Below, piece by piece: positions 30,252 to 40,538 of a DNA stretch of 64,000 bases. The translations under genes were made by a program, and so were the position numbers. The stretch comes from an uncultured Planctomycetaceae bacterium (GTDB lineage: Bacteria; Planctomycetota; Planctomycetia; Planctomycetales; Planctomycetaceae). The notes below the pieces were generated by a model. It saw only the letters and a list, made by a program, of their open reading frames with translations. It ran no database searches and was not told the origin of the DNA. The stretch covers positions 2,492-66,491 of the forward strand of contig CALOEF010000070.1 of assembly GCA_942492165.1 (NCBI GenBank), given 5' to 3'. Numbering within the stretch: position 1 is the stretch's first letter; each line of letters opens with the position of its first letter.

Positions 30252-32099
30252 TTAATAGCCAATTGCAGAACCATCTTTACGCGATTCGGTTGCGCCTTTT
30301 AAAATACCTGTTTCCCAGTCGATCATGATGCCTTGATACCCGCCGAACTCGCCTTTCGATCGAATGACCTCATGCCCTTTTTGCTGTAATGCTTTGATGG
30401 TCTCATCTGAAACCCCTGATTCAGCGGCAACGGTTCCGACACCTTGCGGGGGATCACCTGTGGGAGTGGCATCGCCCCAGTGTCGCACGCGGGCTGTGTC
30501 CCCGGCTGCCTGCACGTTCATTTTGAAATCGATCAGATTGACCAGGATTTGGACATGTCCCTGAGGTTGCATATCACCTCCCATCACACCGAAACAAAAC
30601 CAGGGTTGGTCCTTGTGAGTGACCATGGCAGGGATGATTGTATGAAAGGGGCGTTTGTCTGGTTCCAGGCGGTTTAAATGAGTGTCGTCCAGTGCAAATA
30701 AAGCACCTCGATTTTGCATCACAAAACCCAGATCGCCGGGAGTGACCTGGGACCCAAATCCGAAATAGTTACTTTGGATTAACGAACAACAGTTTCGGTC
30801 TTTATCAACCACAGATAAATAAACGGTATCTCCATGTTCTAATTGGGGGGCCCCCGCTGCAACATTGGCTGCCGCGCGATCCGGATTGATGCGTTGTCGC
30901 TGTCGATCGGCGTATGTTTTCGAAATCAGTTCCTCGACAGGCAGTTTTTCAAAGCCGGGATCTGCATAAAATCGGGCACGGTCTGCATAAGCCAGTTTTT
31001 TCGCCTCGACAAACAAGTGCAGATACTCGGCACTGCCGGGGCCCATTGATTCGAGATCATATTTTTCCAACAGGTTCAATATTTCCAGTGCTGCAATTCC
31101 CTGGCCACTGGGAGGCAGCTCCCAGACATCATAGCCCCGGTAGTTCGTAGAGACGGGATCAATCCAGTTGTCCTCATGTTTAGCCAGATCTTCCAGAGAA
31201 AAGAATCCTCCATTATTTTGGCTGAAATCGATTATCTGTTTCGCGATTGATCCTTGATAAAATTCCTGGCGACCTTTGTCGGCGATCAATTGACAGGTGT
31301 GTGCGAGTCGTGGATTGCGAAAGATTTCTCCTTCACGCGGTGCGCGACCTCCATCGATCAGGAACGTATCAGCCGAATCAGGCCAGGCAGAGAGACTCTC
31401 AACCGAGTCCTTCCAGTATCCGGCAATGATTTCGGTTACCGGAAATCCTGCTTTCGCAGTGTCGATTGACGGACTCAACAATTCTGCCAGTGGCCGAGTT
31501 CCAAAACGCTTGTTTAATGTTTCCCAGCCACTGACACATCCGGGCACAGACCAGCTTAATAACCCTTCTGTTGGAATCGATTTGAGCTGTCGTTTCGAAA
31601 ACTCGTCTCGCGTTAGATTACCTGGACTTCGTCCACTGGCATTCAGGCCGAACATGTGTTGTGATTGTGCATCCCAGTAAATGGCAAAGAGGTCGCCGCC
31701 GATGCCACAACTCATCGGTTCGACAACGCCAAGCATCGCATTTACGGCAATTGCAGCATCGACAGCATTTCCACCTGATTTGAGAATGTCGAGTCCGGTC
31801 TGAGCAGCGAGTGGCTGGCTGGTTGCGACCATTCCATGTCGAGAGACGACCGTCGATCGGCTTTGTTTTGGTTGACCATAAGGGCGATCATAGCCACCTC
31901 CCTGATCGGGTGCTTCCCGTGAATCAGACGCTTCCTGCATGGATGAACTCCCTCGAATTGATATATGAGGACATAAATCAGAAATCAAACAAAAACAGGC
32001 GACCAGAAACTGGTTACAGTCAGCTCTGATGTTGACATCATTAAAAACTCTAGCAATAGATTGCCTGTGCTGTCTATCAAGTCTTCCAACTTTTCTCAT
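30252..32099 (-). CDS. ggt: Gamma-glutamyltranspeptidase
   Basis: GGNAVDAA, EPMSCGIGGD, catalytic Thr in GDTVYL, PFHTIIP and GGDMQPQG. Real start is probably downstream of 32099. Confidence 0.93.
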   Translation of the reverse strand: MRKVGRLDRQHRQSIARVFNDVNIRADCNQFLVACFCLISDLCPHISIRGSSSMQEASDSREAPDQGGGYDRPYGQPKQSRSTVVSRHGMVATSQPLAAQTGLDILKSGGNAVDAAIAVNAMLGVVEPMSCGIGGDLFAIYWDAQSQHMFGLNASGRSPGNLTRDEFSKRQLKSIPTEGLLSWSVPGCVSGWETLNKRFGTRPLAELLSPSIDTAKAGFPVTEIIAGYWKDSVESLSAWPDSADTFLIDGGRAPREGEIFRNPRLAHTCQLIADKGRQEFYQGSIAKQIIDFSQNNGGFFSLEDLAKHEDNWIDPVSTNYRGYDVWELPPSGQGIAALEILNLLEKYDLESMGPGSAEYLHLFVEAKKLAYADRARFYADPGFEKLPVEELISKTYADRQRQRINPDRAAANVAAGAPQLEHGDTVYLSVVDKDRNCCSLIQSNYFGFGSQVTPGDLGFVMQNRGALFALDDTHLNRLEPDKRPFHTIIPAMVTHKDQPWFCFGVMGGDMQPQGHVQILVNLIDFKMNVQAAGDTARVRHWGDATPTGDPPQGVGTVAAESGVSDETIKALQQKGHEVIRSKGEFGGYQGIMIDWETGILKGATESRKDGSAIGY

Positions 32100-32618
32100 C
32101 AGAGCATTGAAATCTGTTACCTGATATTGATTCCAGGCCGAGGATCGATATTTCGTGAGAATCAGTCAGGAACGGAAGTGGCAGGAATTCGAATCGATAT
32201 GGATTTGACAAGGAGAAATGAATCTGGTGTTGATTCAGATATACCGAAAGGTCAGATTTTGCGAAGTCGTTGCATTATGTCAGAATGATGCTCAGCGGCA
32301 ACAGAAAGCAGGGAGCTCAGGAGAAGCCCGTTCTTTCAGGTAGATTCAGTCTGATACAGTAGAGGCAGGGGCATAACATCCATACAACCACTAAAAACTG
32401 ATTTCGTCTGCTATCTGGGTCAATGTAAGGGGATGAATCACGGGAAAGGCTTTGTCAGAGCCTCAGTTCTGTTGTTACGATTAAAATTGCAAATCGGAAT
32501 GAAAACTCTGTTTCAGGCTGATTTATCAAGAATAGATAGAATCGCGATATTCGAATCCGGTATTACTTAAGGAATGAAATTTTGGTGTCAAAAGATCATC
32601 TTTCCCGCAATTTAATGA

Positions 32619-35153
32619 TTGGCATCTTGGTCATTTTTGCTGCTGTGGCAGCAAGCGTTTAAATCAGCTTTATTTTTTGCTCCTGATGGTCCCGACTATG
32701 TTTTGATGGCACGCGGACTGATCAATGACCACGAATATCGCCAAATCGATTTTCCGGGAGAACCCTATTTCACAGTACGTCCTCCTGGAGTCTCTTTGCT
32801 TTTGATTCCAGCTGCCCTGATCGCCCCCTACAATATCATCTTGTCCAAAATTACGATCATATTGACTGCCGTCATCATGCTGGCTTGCCTGTATGCATTC
32901 ATGTGTCGTCTGGATCGTTCTGTGCTTGAAGAGTCTGCTCAGCCAAAGCGTGTCATTCATTGGATGGGTTTATTTATTCTTGTGCTGTTTGCGACGAATC
33001 CTTATATCTTGCTCTATTCAACGATTGTCATGAGTGAAATTCCATTCATGGCTTTTACTATGGCGATCCTCTATCTTCTCTCAAACGGGGAAGAAAAAAT
33101 GAACAGGCGAAATTTGATTCTACTGACCTGTTTGTTAATGTTTCTCCCATTTTTACGCACGATTGGTGTCGCACTGATTCTGGCGTTGGGTATGTGGGCT
33201 GTTGTAAAACGAAAACGTTGGCCTTATCTGATCTGTGTTGTCTGTTCGTGTGCAACGACCGCCTGTTGGATCGCTCGAAACAATGTGCACGAATCACAAA
33301 GCTACTCTTCATTGACGATCACGGAATCCAAATCGATGGGGATCATCGGTACTTTTCTTGCCATGGTCAATCGTTCGTTGAATCACTATGAATGTCTTAG
33401 TCAAAAGATATTTCCCAACATGCCTGGATTCATTCCCGGTTATGAACGTTTCGTGCTCGATGGTTATCACATGTTGCCTGGTCCTCAAGTTTTCTATTTG
33501 CTCGCCACGATCTTTGTGATCGCGATTGCCATTTATGGGATGTTGAAATGCTGGAATCGAGGAGGGGCTGTCAGTTTTCTGTATGTTGCTATCACCTTTG
33601 GTATTCTGTCATTATGGCCTTGGATCCAACATCGCTATACGCTGCCGCTTTTGCCAGTCATCCTGGCTTTTGTACCTGTGGGGCTATTGTGTCTTTCCCG
33701 GCGTTTATCCCGCGTCAATGCAATTTCTAAAAAAGTGCTGGCCGGGACATTGATTGCAGTTGGAGGGCTGCTTCTGATTTCGCAGACAAGAACAGACTAT
33801 AGCATGATTACTTCGAATCGGTTGATGCTTTCGAAAGGAGAAGCGTTTTATCAAACCGAGTTTCCTTCTACTCATTTCAGTAATTTTGTGATAGCAGGAG
33901 ATTGGCTCAAGAATAACACTTCCGAAGAGACGCGTATCATTACAAGTCAAAATAGTGTTGCAGCCACAGCGCTTCGATTTCAAAAGATGGTCCGTTTTGC
34001 TCAAACAAATCTGGAAAATTTACATGAAATCATTCAGTCATTCGCGCCCGGGTATCTGGTCAGTTACGGTCGGGATTCAGTCGGTGCGTTCCCATGGCAG
34101 TTGATGGATAATGATCTTGTCTACCGCTTAACTCCGGTTTACGAAAAATCAGGAGTGTTGATTCTCAAAATAACACCCAATTATGAGGGAACGATCAGGC
34201 ACAAATACTGGCATGAAGACGAATCAATAGAAATTGCAAAGCAGGCGCTTGCGAAGTATCCCAACAGGCGATCGTTTCAAATCAGTTATCTTACGCAGCT
34301 ACTCAAGGCAGAGAAATATGATGCTGCTATTTCCTTTGCTGAAGAGTTGCAGAAAAAGGGAGGGAATGAAGCGCGTATTGTAAATACAGTTGCATGGGCT
34401 TATGTAGGCAAGCGTGAATACAAACAGGCACTGCAGGAGTTTGAAAAAGCCTCACGTATGCCTGGAGAAAAATCCATTCGAAAAAGTCTTTTGCGAGGAG
34501 TGAAATTATCATCGGATCAGTTGAAGAAAGCAGACAAAAGCAGTGAACCAGATCCCTCGAAAATATCCCGGACAAACCTTGCGATAGCACGCGGTTACTG
34601 GAAAATTGCAAACTTCAATAAAGTCAATGAATTTGCTCAGAAGGTGATTGAATCAGATCAATCAACTCCCGGAGAGCTTGGAGAAGCGCATCTCTTAATA
34701 GCCAGGTTTCATCTCATTAATGGACGGACAGCAGAGGCTGTCAAAGAACTGAATCAGGCCATCACCACAGAAAATCAGGAAGCAAAAACCCAACTCGAGA
34801 TGGTACAGCGGGAAAAGTCGATTGCAATCGTGCTGAAAAAAGCCAAACATCAGAAATCAGATGTACGTCAGACATTGGAGCCGAGTCAACGTGAATCGAT
34901 TATGAAATTAGTATCGTATTATGAAGCACAGGGCGTTCCCGGGAAATCACTGAAGCTGTTAATGCAGGCAAATGATTATGCGCCGACTGACTCGCAGGTA
35001 TTAAAGTTGCTTGCCAGGTATCAGCTGTTTTACAATCTGGTTCCTGAAGCGGAAAAAAATTATCTGCAGCTTCAGAAATCGATGCCGGACGATCAAGACA
35101 TCAAAGAAGCTCTTGTGAGATTGAAAGAACTCAAAGTACTTCCCCGTTTTTAA
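32619..35153 (+). CDS. GT-C fold (ArnT/PMT-like) membrane glycosyltransferase fused to TPR repeats
   Basis: DGPDYVLMARGL first-loop motif, MSEIPF, RTIG, about 11 TM helices and C-terminal TPR-like helices. Confidence 0.7.
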   Translation: MASWSFLLLWQQAFKSALFFAPDGPDYVLMARGLINDHEYRQIDFPGEPYFTVRPPGVSLLLIPAALIAPYNIILSKITIILTAVIMLACLYAFMCRLDRSVLEESAQPKRVIHWMGLFILVLFATNPYILLYSTIVMSEIPFMAFTMAILYLLSNGEEKMNRRNLILLTCLLMFLPFLRTIGVALILALGMWAVVKRKRWPYLICVVCSCATTACWIARNNVHESQSYSSLTITESKSMGIIGTFLAMVNRSLNHYECLSQKIFPNMPGFIPGYERFVLDGYHMLPGPQVFYLLATIFVIAIAIYGMLKCWNRGGAVSFLYVAITFGILSLWPWIQHRYTLPLLPVILAFVPVGLLCLSRRLSRVNAISKKVLAGTLIAVGGLLLISQTRTDYSMITSNRLMLSKGEAFYQTEFPSTHFSNFVIAGDWLKNNTSEETRIITSQNSVAATALRFQKMVRFAQTNLENLHEIIQSFAPGYLVSYGRDSVGAFPWQLMDNDLVYRLTPVYEKSGVLILKITPNYEGTIRHKYWHEDESIEIAKQALAKYPNRRSFQISYLTQLLKAEKYDAAISFAEELQKKGGNEARIVNTVAWAYVGKREYKQALQEFEKASRMPGEKSIRKSLLRGVKLSSDQLKKADKSSEPDPSKISRTNLAIARGYWKIANFNKVNEFAQKVIESDQSTPGELGEAHLLIARFHLINGRTAEAVKELNQAITTENQEAKTQLEMVQREKSIAIVLKKAKHQKSDVRQTLEPSQRESIMKLVSYYEAQGVPGKSLKLLMQANDYAPTDSQVLKLLARYQLFYNLVPEAEKNYLQLQKSMPDDQDIKEALVRLKELKVLPRF

Positions 35154-35269
35154 TTCTGACCCATTTTCAATATCTTGATACACTCGATTTATACCAGATT
35201 ACATCTTGAAAGATGTGCTGCAGTAAAAGCCATGATAATTTGGAACAGTGAATTGAAGGATAAGGGGGA

Positions 35270-35620
35270 ATGAGCGTAGAAAACAAACAGCCAAAAAGGA
35301 GTGACGTTATGACTTTTTGGAAATACTGTTTGATTTTCTGGAAGGTCTGGTTCTGTTTTTTTGCATTGATGCTTGTTTGTTCAATCATGAACTGGCTCGA
35401 AAACGACGGCAAAGTTTCATTCTCTCATGGTGGTTCTCTTTATATTCTTGTCTTCATGACCGTGATGAGTGGTTTCTATCTTCTGGTTAAAAGTCCTGGA
35501 ATGAAATGGATTCCGGAAGTGGGATGTTGGATTGATTGGAAATATTGTTCCATTCTCAGCGAAAGCTTGAAAGCAACTGGTGATGTTCAAAAGGCAATTC
35601 CTGGCAAATATTGCCATTAA
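35270..35620 (+). CDS. Small hypothetical membrane protein
   Basis: 116 aa, 2 TM segments, GGGGGA RBS. Confidence 0.5.
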   Translation: MSVENKQPKRSDVMTFWKYCLIFWKVWFCFFALMLVCSIMNWLENDGKVSFSHGGSLYILVFMTVMSGFYLLVKSPGMKWIPEVGCWIDWKYCSILSESLKATGDVQKAIPGKYCH

Positions 35621-35888
35621 CCAGTAACAACCGACAGCGCGGCGCACTCACCTCTGTCAGGTCTGGTTTCCTTATTGATCTACCAGATCTGTCAGCGTGT
35701 CGTATTCGTAATACGTGTTGTAAATCGAAAACATGCCGTTGAAATCGACCCAGATTCACTAAGTTGCCAGACTGGATCAACCCCGTCGAATATACCGAAT
35801 AAAGTATATAGAACTCTGCGTTCTACTTTGGAATGGCATGTGTCGTGAAAATGGGGAGTGGACGTTGCGGCTTAAAATATTCTTCTAG

Positions 35889-37082
35889 TTGATTCTCTTG
35901 ATGTTGGCGTTGCCCGTCGTTCAGGCAATCGGCCAGGAATGTGTGCTGGCAGAAGAACCCGCATTAATCAGCTGCTTGCCTGAAAGCGAGGCAGATCAAC
36001 GGTTCTTTTCCTCCTGGCTCGATTCCGATAACGGTATTTCATTTAATCCGGTCTACTATGGGGAAGTCTTCACAAACGCGCACGGCGGCATTGCGACTAA
36101 AGATTCGACTCATTACGAAGGGTTGCTTGATCTTTCGCTCTCACTTGATTTCGAGAAGATGAAACTTCCAATCCCGGGGCGTGCTTTCGTGCTGGGACAA
36201 AATACACATGGTCGGAGCCTGACACAGGATTTTGTCGGGGAAACACAAATCATCAGCAATATCAATTCGTTTGATAACATCACCCAGATCAGTGAACTTT
36301 GGTGGGAATTCGGTCTGTTTAAAAACAGAGTCACCATGCGAGTTGGCAAGCAGGATCTGAGTACGGAATTCCTTGTGATGGATACTGCCAGTGACTTCAT
36401 TAATTCAGCCTTTGGCTTGTCCCCCTCAGCCGGACTGCCATCCTATCCGGCTCCCAGTCCGGCAGTGATCCTGATGACGGACATCACTTCATCAGTTGGG
36501 TTTAAGGTTGGCGTGTGGGACGCCTTCCGAAGCGACGGCAATGGGATATTTTCCAAAAATGGATCGGCGCTTTTCATTGGGGAACTCGAGTATCGATACA
36601 CAACCCCAGCTGAAGAATTACCTGGCAAGATCTCACTTGGGATGACCTATGAAACGCGGGGTGCGGTTCCTGCTGGTACCATTCCCAGATCGTTCGGGTA
36701 TTATATCCAGTTCGAGCAGCTTCTGTTTCGTGAAGCTGACAGCACCGAAAGTTGTCCACAGGGACTCTCCGTCTTTGCACAGCATTATCCTACTAATGTC
36801 AGTGGCAACTCACCCTTTCCCACGATTCCCGAAGATGCCCTGGCAGGCTTTACTTATACAGGTCTGATACGTGGACACGATGAAGATGTCGCCGGCGTGG
36901 GTGTTGGCTGGGTCCAGCTTGAGCAGGGTGGAACGGACCAGGAAGTGATGGTGGAACTGTTTTACAAAGCAAAAGTCAATTCCACTATGAGTATCCAGCC
37001 GGACATTCAATACATCAAAACCCCCTCAGGTATCCACTCTGATGCACTCGTAGCCGGTCTCCGCGTCCAACTCGATCTCTAA
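35889..37082 (+). CDS. Carbohydrate-selective porin (OprB family)
   Basis: ELWWE, RVGKQD, SAFG, ELFY and QPDIQY motifs; C-terminal strand GLRVQLDL. Confidence 0.85.
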   Translation: MILLMLALPVVQAIGQECVLAEEPALISCLPESEADQRFFSSWLDSDNGISFNPVYYGEVFTNAHGGIATKDSTHYEGLLDLSLSLDFEKMKLPIPGRAFVLGQNTHGRSLTQDFVGETQIISNINSFDNITQISELWWEFGLFKNRVTMRVGKQDLSTEFLVMDTASDFINSAFGLSPSAGLPSYPAPSPAVILMTDITSSVGFKVGVWDAFRSDGNGIFSKNGSALFIGELEYRYTTPAEELPGKISLGMTYETRGAVPAGTIPRSFGYYIQFEQLLFREADSTESCPQGLSVFAQHYPTNVSGNSPFPTIPEDALAGFTYTGLIRGHDEDVAGVGVGWVQLEQGGTDQEVMVELFYKAKVNSTMSIQPDIQYIKTPSGIHSDALVAGLRVQLDL

Positions 37083-37100
37083 GCGTGGAGCGGTGGTTTG

Positions 37101-37460
37101 GTCAAAACAGTCCGTCAACTCTGGGGTCTGCTTCGCAAAATTGTTTCACGTCTGCTAATTGACATAAGAAAAAACGACTGAATCGAAAAAGCGAGGGGGA
37201 CATAGAGCAGTCAATTCTAGCTATGAATTTATTTTGGTTCACTCACCGTCAGCATTTGATTCTGTTGCAGGTAAGGAATTATTCAAACTGATTTATGCCA
37301 AGTTAAAAGAGTATCCCAAAGAAAAGTTCCTTGAAATATTTGTGTTAAAAATTCAAGAACACACATCTAAAGAAATTGGTGATCGAACTGGTCTTCCAGA
37401 CTCAACAGTACGAGCAAGAGTTGCGCTGATTAAACCACTCGTTTCTGGAAATATCAGGTA
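37101..37460 (+). pseudogene. 5'-truncated ECF sigma factor remnant
   Basis: QLWGLLRKIVSRLLIDIRK (region 2.3/2.4-like), then after a frameshift an HTH-like HTSKEIGDRTGLPDSTVRARV. No 5' half. Confidence 0.55.
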
Positions 37461-37535
37461 TTCAACCAGCTTAATCTACGTTCTGATTTCTCCCGTCTGG
37501 CAATGGTCAGACGGGAGAAACAGTCATAAGTACTT

Positions 37536-37886
37536 TTATTCTATACCCAGATTCTCAGCAATCCTCTCAGCCCTCTCAGAAATTGGATCCTTGAATTTAT
37601 TTGGAAATATCACAAAACAGAAATCCAGGTATTTGGCAACTACATACTCGAACGATTGGTTGCTTTCCATTACCCATCCTAGAGGAGTATAGAACGTTTC
37701 TCCCCACTCTTCATATTTTTGATACTTAGGATCATCCATTACTTCGTCGTAATCTAAACCTGAGTTGTATTTAGAATAGTCCAAAAGAATAGCTGCAGGC
37801 CCAATGCTTAAAATATAAACCACTAACAGTATGGGTAGGGCATAGCCCAGGAATCGAATGAGCTTTGATCGTTTATTTTCAGACAT
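37536..37886 (-). CDS. Small membrane protein (LVVYxLSxGP family)
   Basis: 116 aa with an N-terminal TM helix ending YILSIGP; paralogous to the IS-interrupted neighbour. Confidence 0.65.
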   Translation of the reverse strand: MSENKRSKLIRFLGYALPILLVVYILSIGPAAILLDYSKYNSGLDYDEVMDDPKYQKYEEWGETFYTPLGWVMESNQSFEYVVAKYLDFCFVIFPNKFKDPISERAERIAENLGIE

Positions 37887-38141
37887 ACGAACTATCTCAG
37901 GAATCTTAAATTAGAAAATGGAACCACATTATTTTTCAGGATACATCGTTTTAAAACAAAAATACTGGTAATCAAAAAGCAGCTCATCAATGAATTGATT
38001 TTTTTTCCCAGCCCAGAATAAGGGAGCATAAAGAAATACGAGATTTTCACCAGAGAAAATTGAGTCAGCATCCATTAGTTCGGGAGTATCTCTTGCAATT
38101 ATTTTTGAGTTTAAAACTTTCGCATAAAAGGGTCCAGTACT

Positions 38142-39763
38142 GAATGGCACTGTCGAGTCCTAACATGTTTCAAGCGGTATTGTTGCATAATCTGTCCCTG
38201 AGTACCTGTCTTGGTAGTTGCATCAGCGGGTAGGTACCACGGCGGCGTTTGATCACGCGGGGTTCGATGCGGCCGGGACGATTGCCGACTTCGCATGTGG
38301 CAATTTGATTTGCCATCGTTCGGCACATCTCGCGTAATGACTGTAAATTGTATTGCCTGCAGGCAGTCAGCATCCAGGCTGCCAGAATAAACTGACAGAC
38401 GGTCGTGAAGCTGATCTGCCGAGGACGTTTATTATGCAGCAGCGCGCACCAGCAGCAGTGGTACGAATTAAGTTGTAACTCAGCATCGTGGTCCACAGTT
38501 CACAACGAATCATCGCGGGAGACTTGCAGCGTAGGTGCCCGAGATTCAATGTCTCTTTAATGCAGCGTAGATCGAGTTCCACATTCCAGCGAAAACCGTA
38601 TAACTCAGCGATTTCTTCTTTCGTCAATTCTTCTTCGATGAGTGTGGTCACCACAGTCATCGACTGCGTTCGTTTCCTTTTTCGACTACGTTGCAGCGAA
38701 TCTCCCGCAGTAGAATGGTCTCCGGAATCTGTGCAAAAGTCGCTTTGTCCATCCAAGTGGGACGCAGTTTCGGTCTGGTCCACGTGACGAGATGATCGTA
38801 CTTGCCAGCCGCTTACCACGCCGAAAGTCAGGCTGACGTTTGTGATGCAGTCTCGCACAAACGTCCGTTCCCTGCCTCAGTAATGATGCGATCACCATGA
38901 ATGAGCAGTAGTAACGATCGAAGATGGCAACGTCACCCTGCTTCAACGAACGAAACAGGGTGCGCAGTAAAGCTGTTTTGCCAGTCTGTTTCCCTTTGTG
39001 GGGATCAATGGCAACATCGAGCACGCAGGCTGTTGCCAACGAGAGAATCGCTACCGCACGGGCAATCGGTAAACCACAGCCTGTAGTTGCGCGTTCTGTT
39101 GTGGAAACACGGCCTGATTACATTCCGTGTCCGGCATGGTGAAGGTAAAGCCATCGATCAACTTGGCGTGTCTGCCTTTCCAGAGCCAGTTTTCCTCAGC
39201 AACGTCTTCGAGTTCAGAAGCAATTTCCCCACTGAGTTCTCTCAGAGCGGGCACAGATAACTTGGCGCGCGCCCGACAGAAATTGCGGGTATCAGCCGTG
39301 GGAGCAGCTTTCCCAGTGAGTTTGCAGTATGCTATCACCCGGGCGACTGCTGATTGGCAGGATGACTTTTTCCATCCCGCAGCACCTGACCCAAAAAAGA
39401 CCAGACCATGATCGCAGTGGAATAAACGCCGTGTGTTCCGAACAAGCCGTTGTGCCGGGCAAAGATCCGTGCGATGCGTTCCGCAGAAAGCAATTTCGAG
39501 AACGGCAGTCCCGCTGGCAAGAGAAAGGAGTTGAGGATCTGCTGAAAACTGCTACTGCCTTGAGATGACGAATCAGATAAATTAGTAGCCATGAAAAACC
39601 CTCCCTGGTAATTTCATGCACGAAGTTTCAGGGAGGGTTCAAAATATTATCGCCGGGAGCGGTTAAAATAATAGACCAACTCCAGACAGAAATGATTTTA
39701 CAAAAAAAAACATTTCTGTCATAGACCAACGTACGCACAAACGGGAAGATGACAGTGCCATTC
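38142..39763 (-). mobile_element. IS4-family insertion sequence, 1622 bp
   Basis: Perfect 13-bp TIR GAATGGCACTGTC (38142-38154 / 39751-39763) and 11-bp TSD GGTCCAGTACT (38131-38141 / 39764-39774). Confidence 0.95.
38170..39592 (-). pseudogene. IS4 transposase, split by about 4 frameshifts
   Basis: Pieces carry LIDGFT (first D), FDRYY (second D) and YGFRWNVELDLR (Y-R-E signature). Confidence 0.9.
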
Positions 39764-40026
39764 GGTCCAGTACTCAATACATAAACCACTAACAGAATGG
39801 GAATGGCAAAGCGCAAAAGCCTCGTAACTTTCCATCTCTTTACTTCAGACATACGGACTACCTTAGGCACACTAAAAACTAACAAACACATTTTAAACGA
39901 TTGAACGCAAAAAGTAAGAGCAAATCATAACGCCTCTCAGAATCGCACAGGATGCCCTGTAACGCGATGAAATTTAAGACGGCTAATACCTTCGGAAATG
40001 AACCACATTAATGGAGAATTGAAGCA

Positions 40027-40284
40027 GTGGCAGTAACAAAAGTATTCTTAACTAAGAGAAACAACAGCAAGTTTTTTCAGATGCGGTGGATTGATTCGGA
40101 GACAGGCCGGGAAAGATGGCAAATCACAAAGACCAACATCAAACGAGATGCGGAACGGATTGCAGGCCAGACGGAAAAGGATCTCAACGAGGGGACATAC
40201 TATCGCATCGTCAAGACTGACTGGGCGGACTTCAGAGAACGCTATGAAACGGAAGTGGTAACAGGCATGGCAAAACGTACCTGA
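40027..40284 (+). pseudogene. N-terminal fragment of a tyrosine integrase (arm-binding region plus start of core-binding domain)
   Basis: FQMRWIDSETGRER...KRDAERIA...DWADFRERY pattern; stops after 85 aa with no catalytic domain. Confidence 0.6.
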
Positions 40285-40345
40285 AAATGCAGCAAACCGG
40301 GAAGACGAAGAGTGACAAGTTGCTATTGAAAAAGCAAATAGAAAA

Positions 40346-40389
40346 TGAGGGCGCAGGGACTTGAACCCTGGACCTACGGATTAAAAGTC
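40346..40389 (-). tRNA. 3' half of tRNA-Lys(UUU); att-site remnant, not a complete tRNA
   Basis: Minus strand reads GACTTTTAATCCGTAGGTCCAGGGTTCAAGTCCCTGCGCCCTCA: anticodon loop CTTTTAA, T-arm CAGGG-TTCAAGT-CCCTG and 3' acceptor strand. D-arm and 5' acceptor are absent. Confidence 0.85.
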
Positions 40390-40428
40390 ATATAGATTAT
40401 GAGTTTACTAGCTAGGAAACAGTGTTTA

Positions 40429-40523
40429 TTGTACCTAAATATTTTTGAGTATGGTATTATTTAGGTACAACATAATTAGGTACGGAAAACAGTACCTGAT
40501 TAAAAAATAACCTGTACCTAATT
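40429..40523. promoter_or_regulatory. Five copies of a GTACCTRA motif in alternating orientation upstream of the recombinase
   Basis: ttgtacctaaat 40429-40440 and atttaggtacaa 40459-40470 (perfect 12-bp inverted pair); aattaggtac 40474-40483; gtacctgatt 40492-40501; gtacctaatt 40514-40523. Confidence 0.7.
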
Positions 40524-40538
40524 CAGAAAGCTTTTCAA

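Larger units (their letters stand above)
37929..39852 (-). pseudogene. Small membrane protein (96 aa reconstructed) interrupted by IS4
   Basis: 5' part 39852-39764 and 3' part 38141-37929 join in frame after removing the IS and one TSD copy: MSEVKRW...LLVVYVLSTGPFYAK...YPEK. Confidence 0.85.

Noticed and set aside
40346-40420. Complete tRNA-Lys gene
   Set aside because: Sequence beyond 40389 cannot form the anticodon stem, D-arm or 5' acceptor strand; it is only an att-type fragment.
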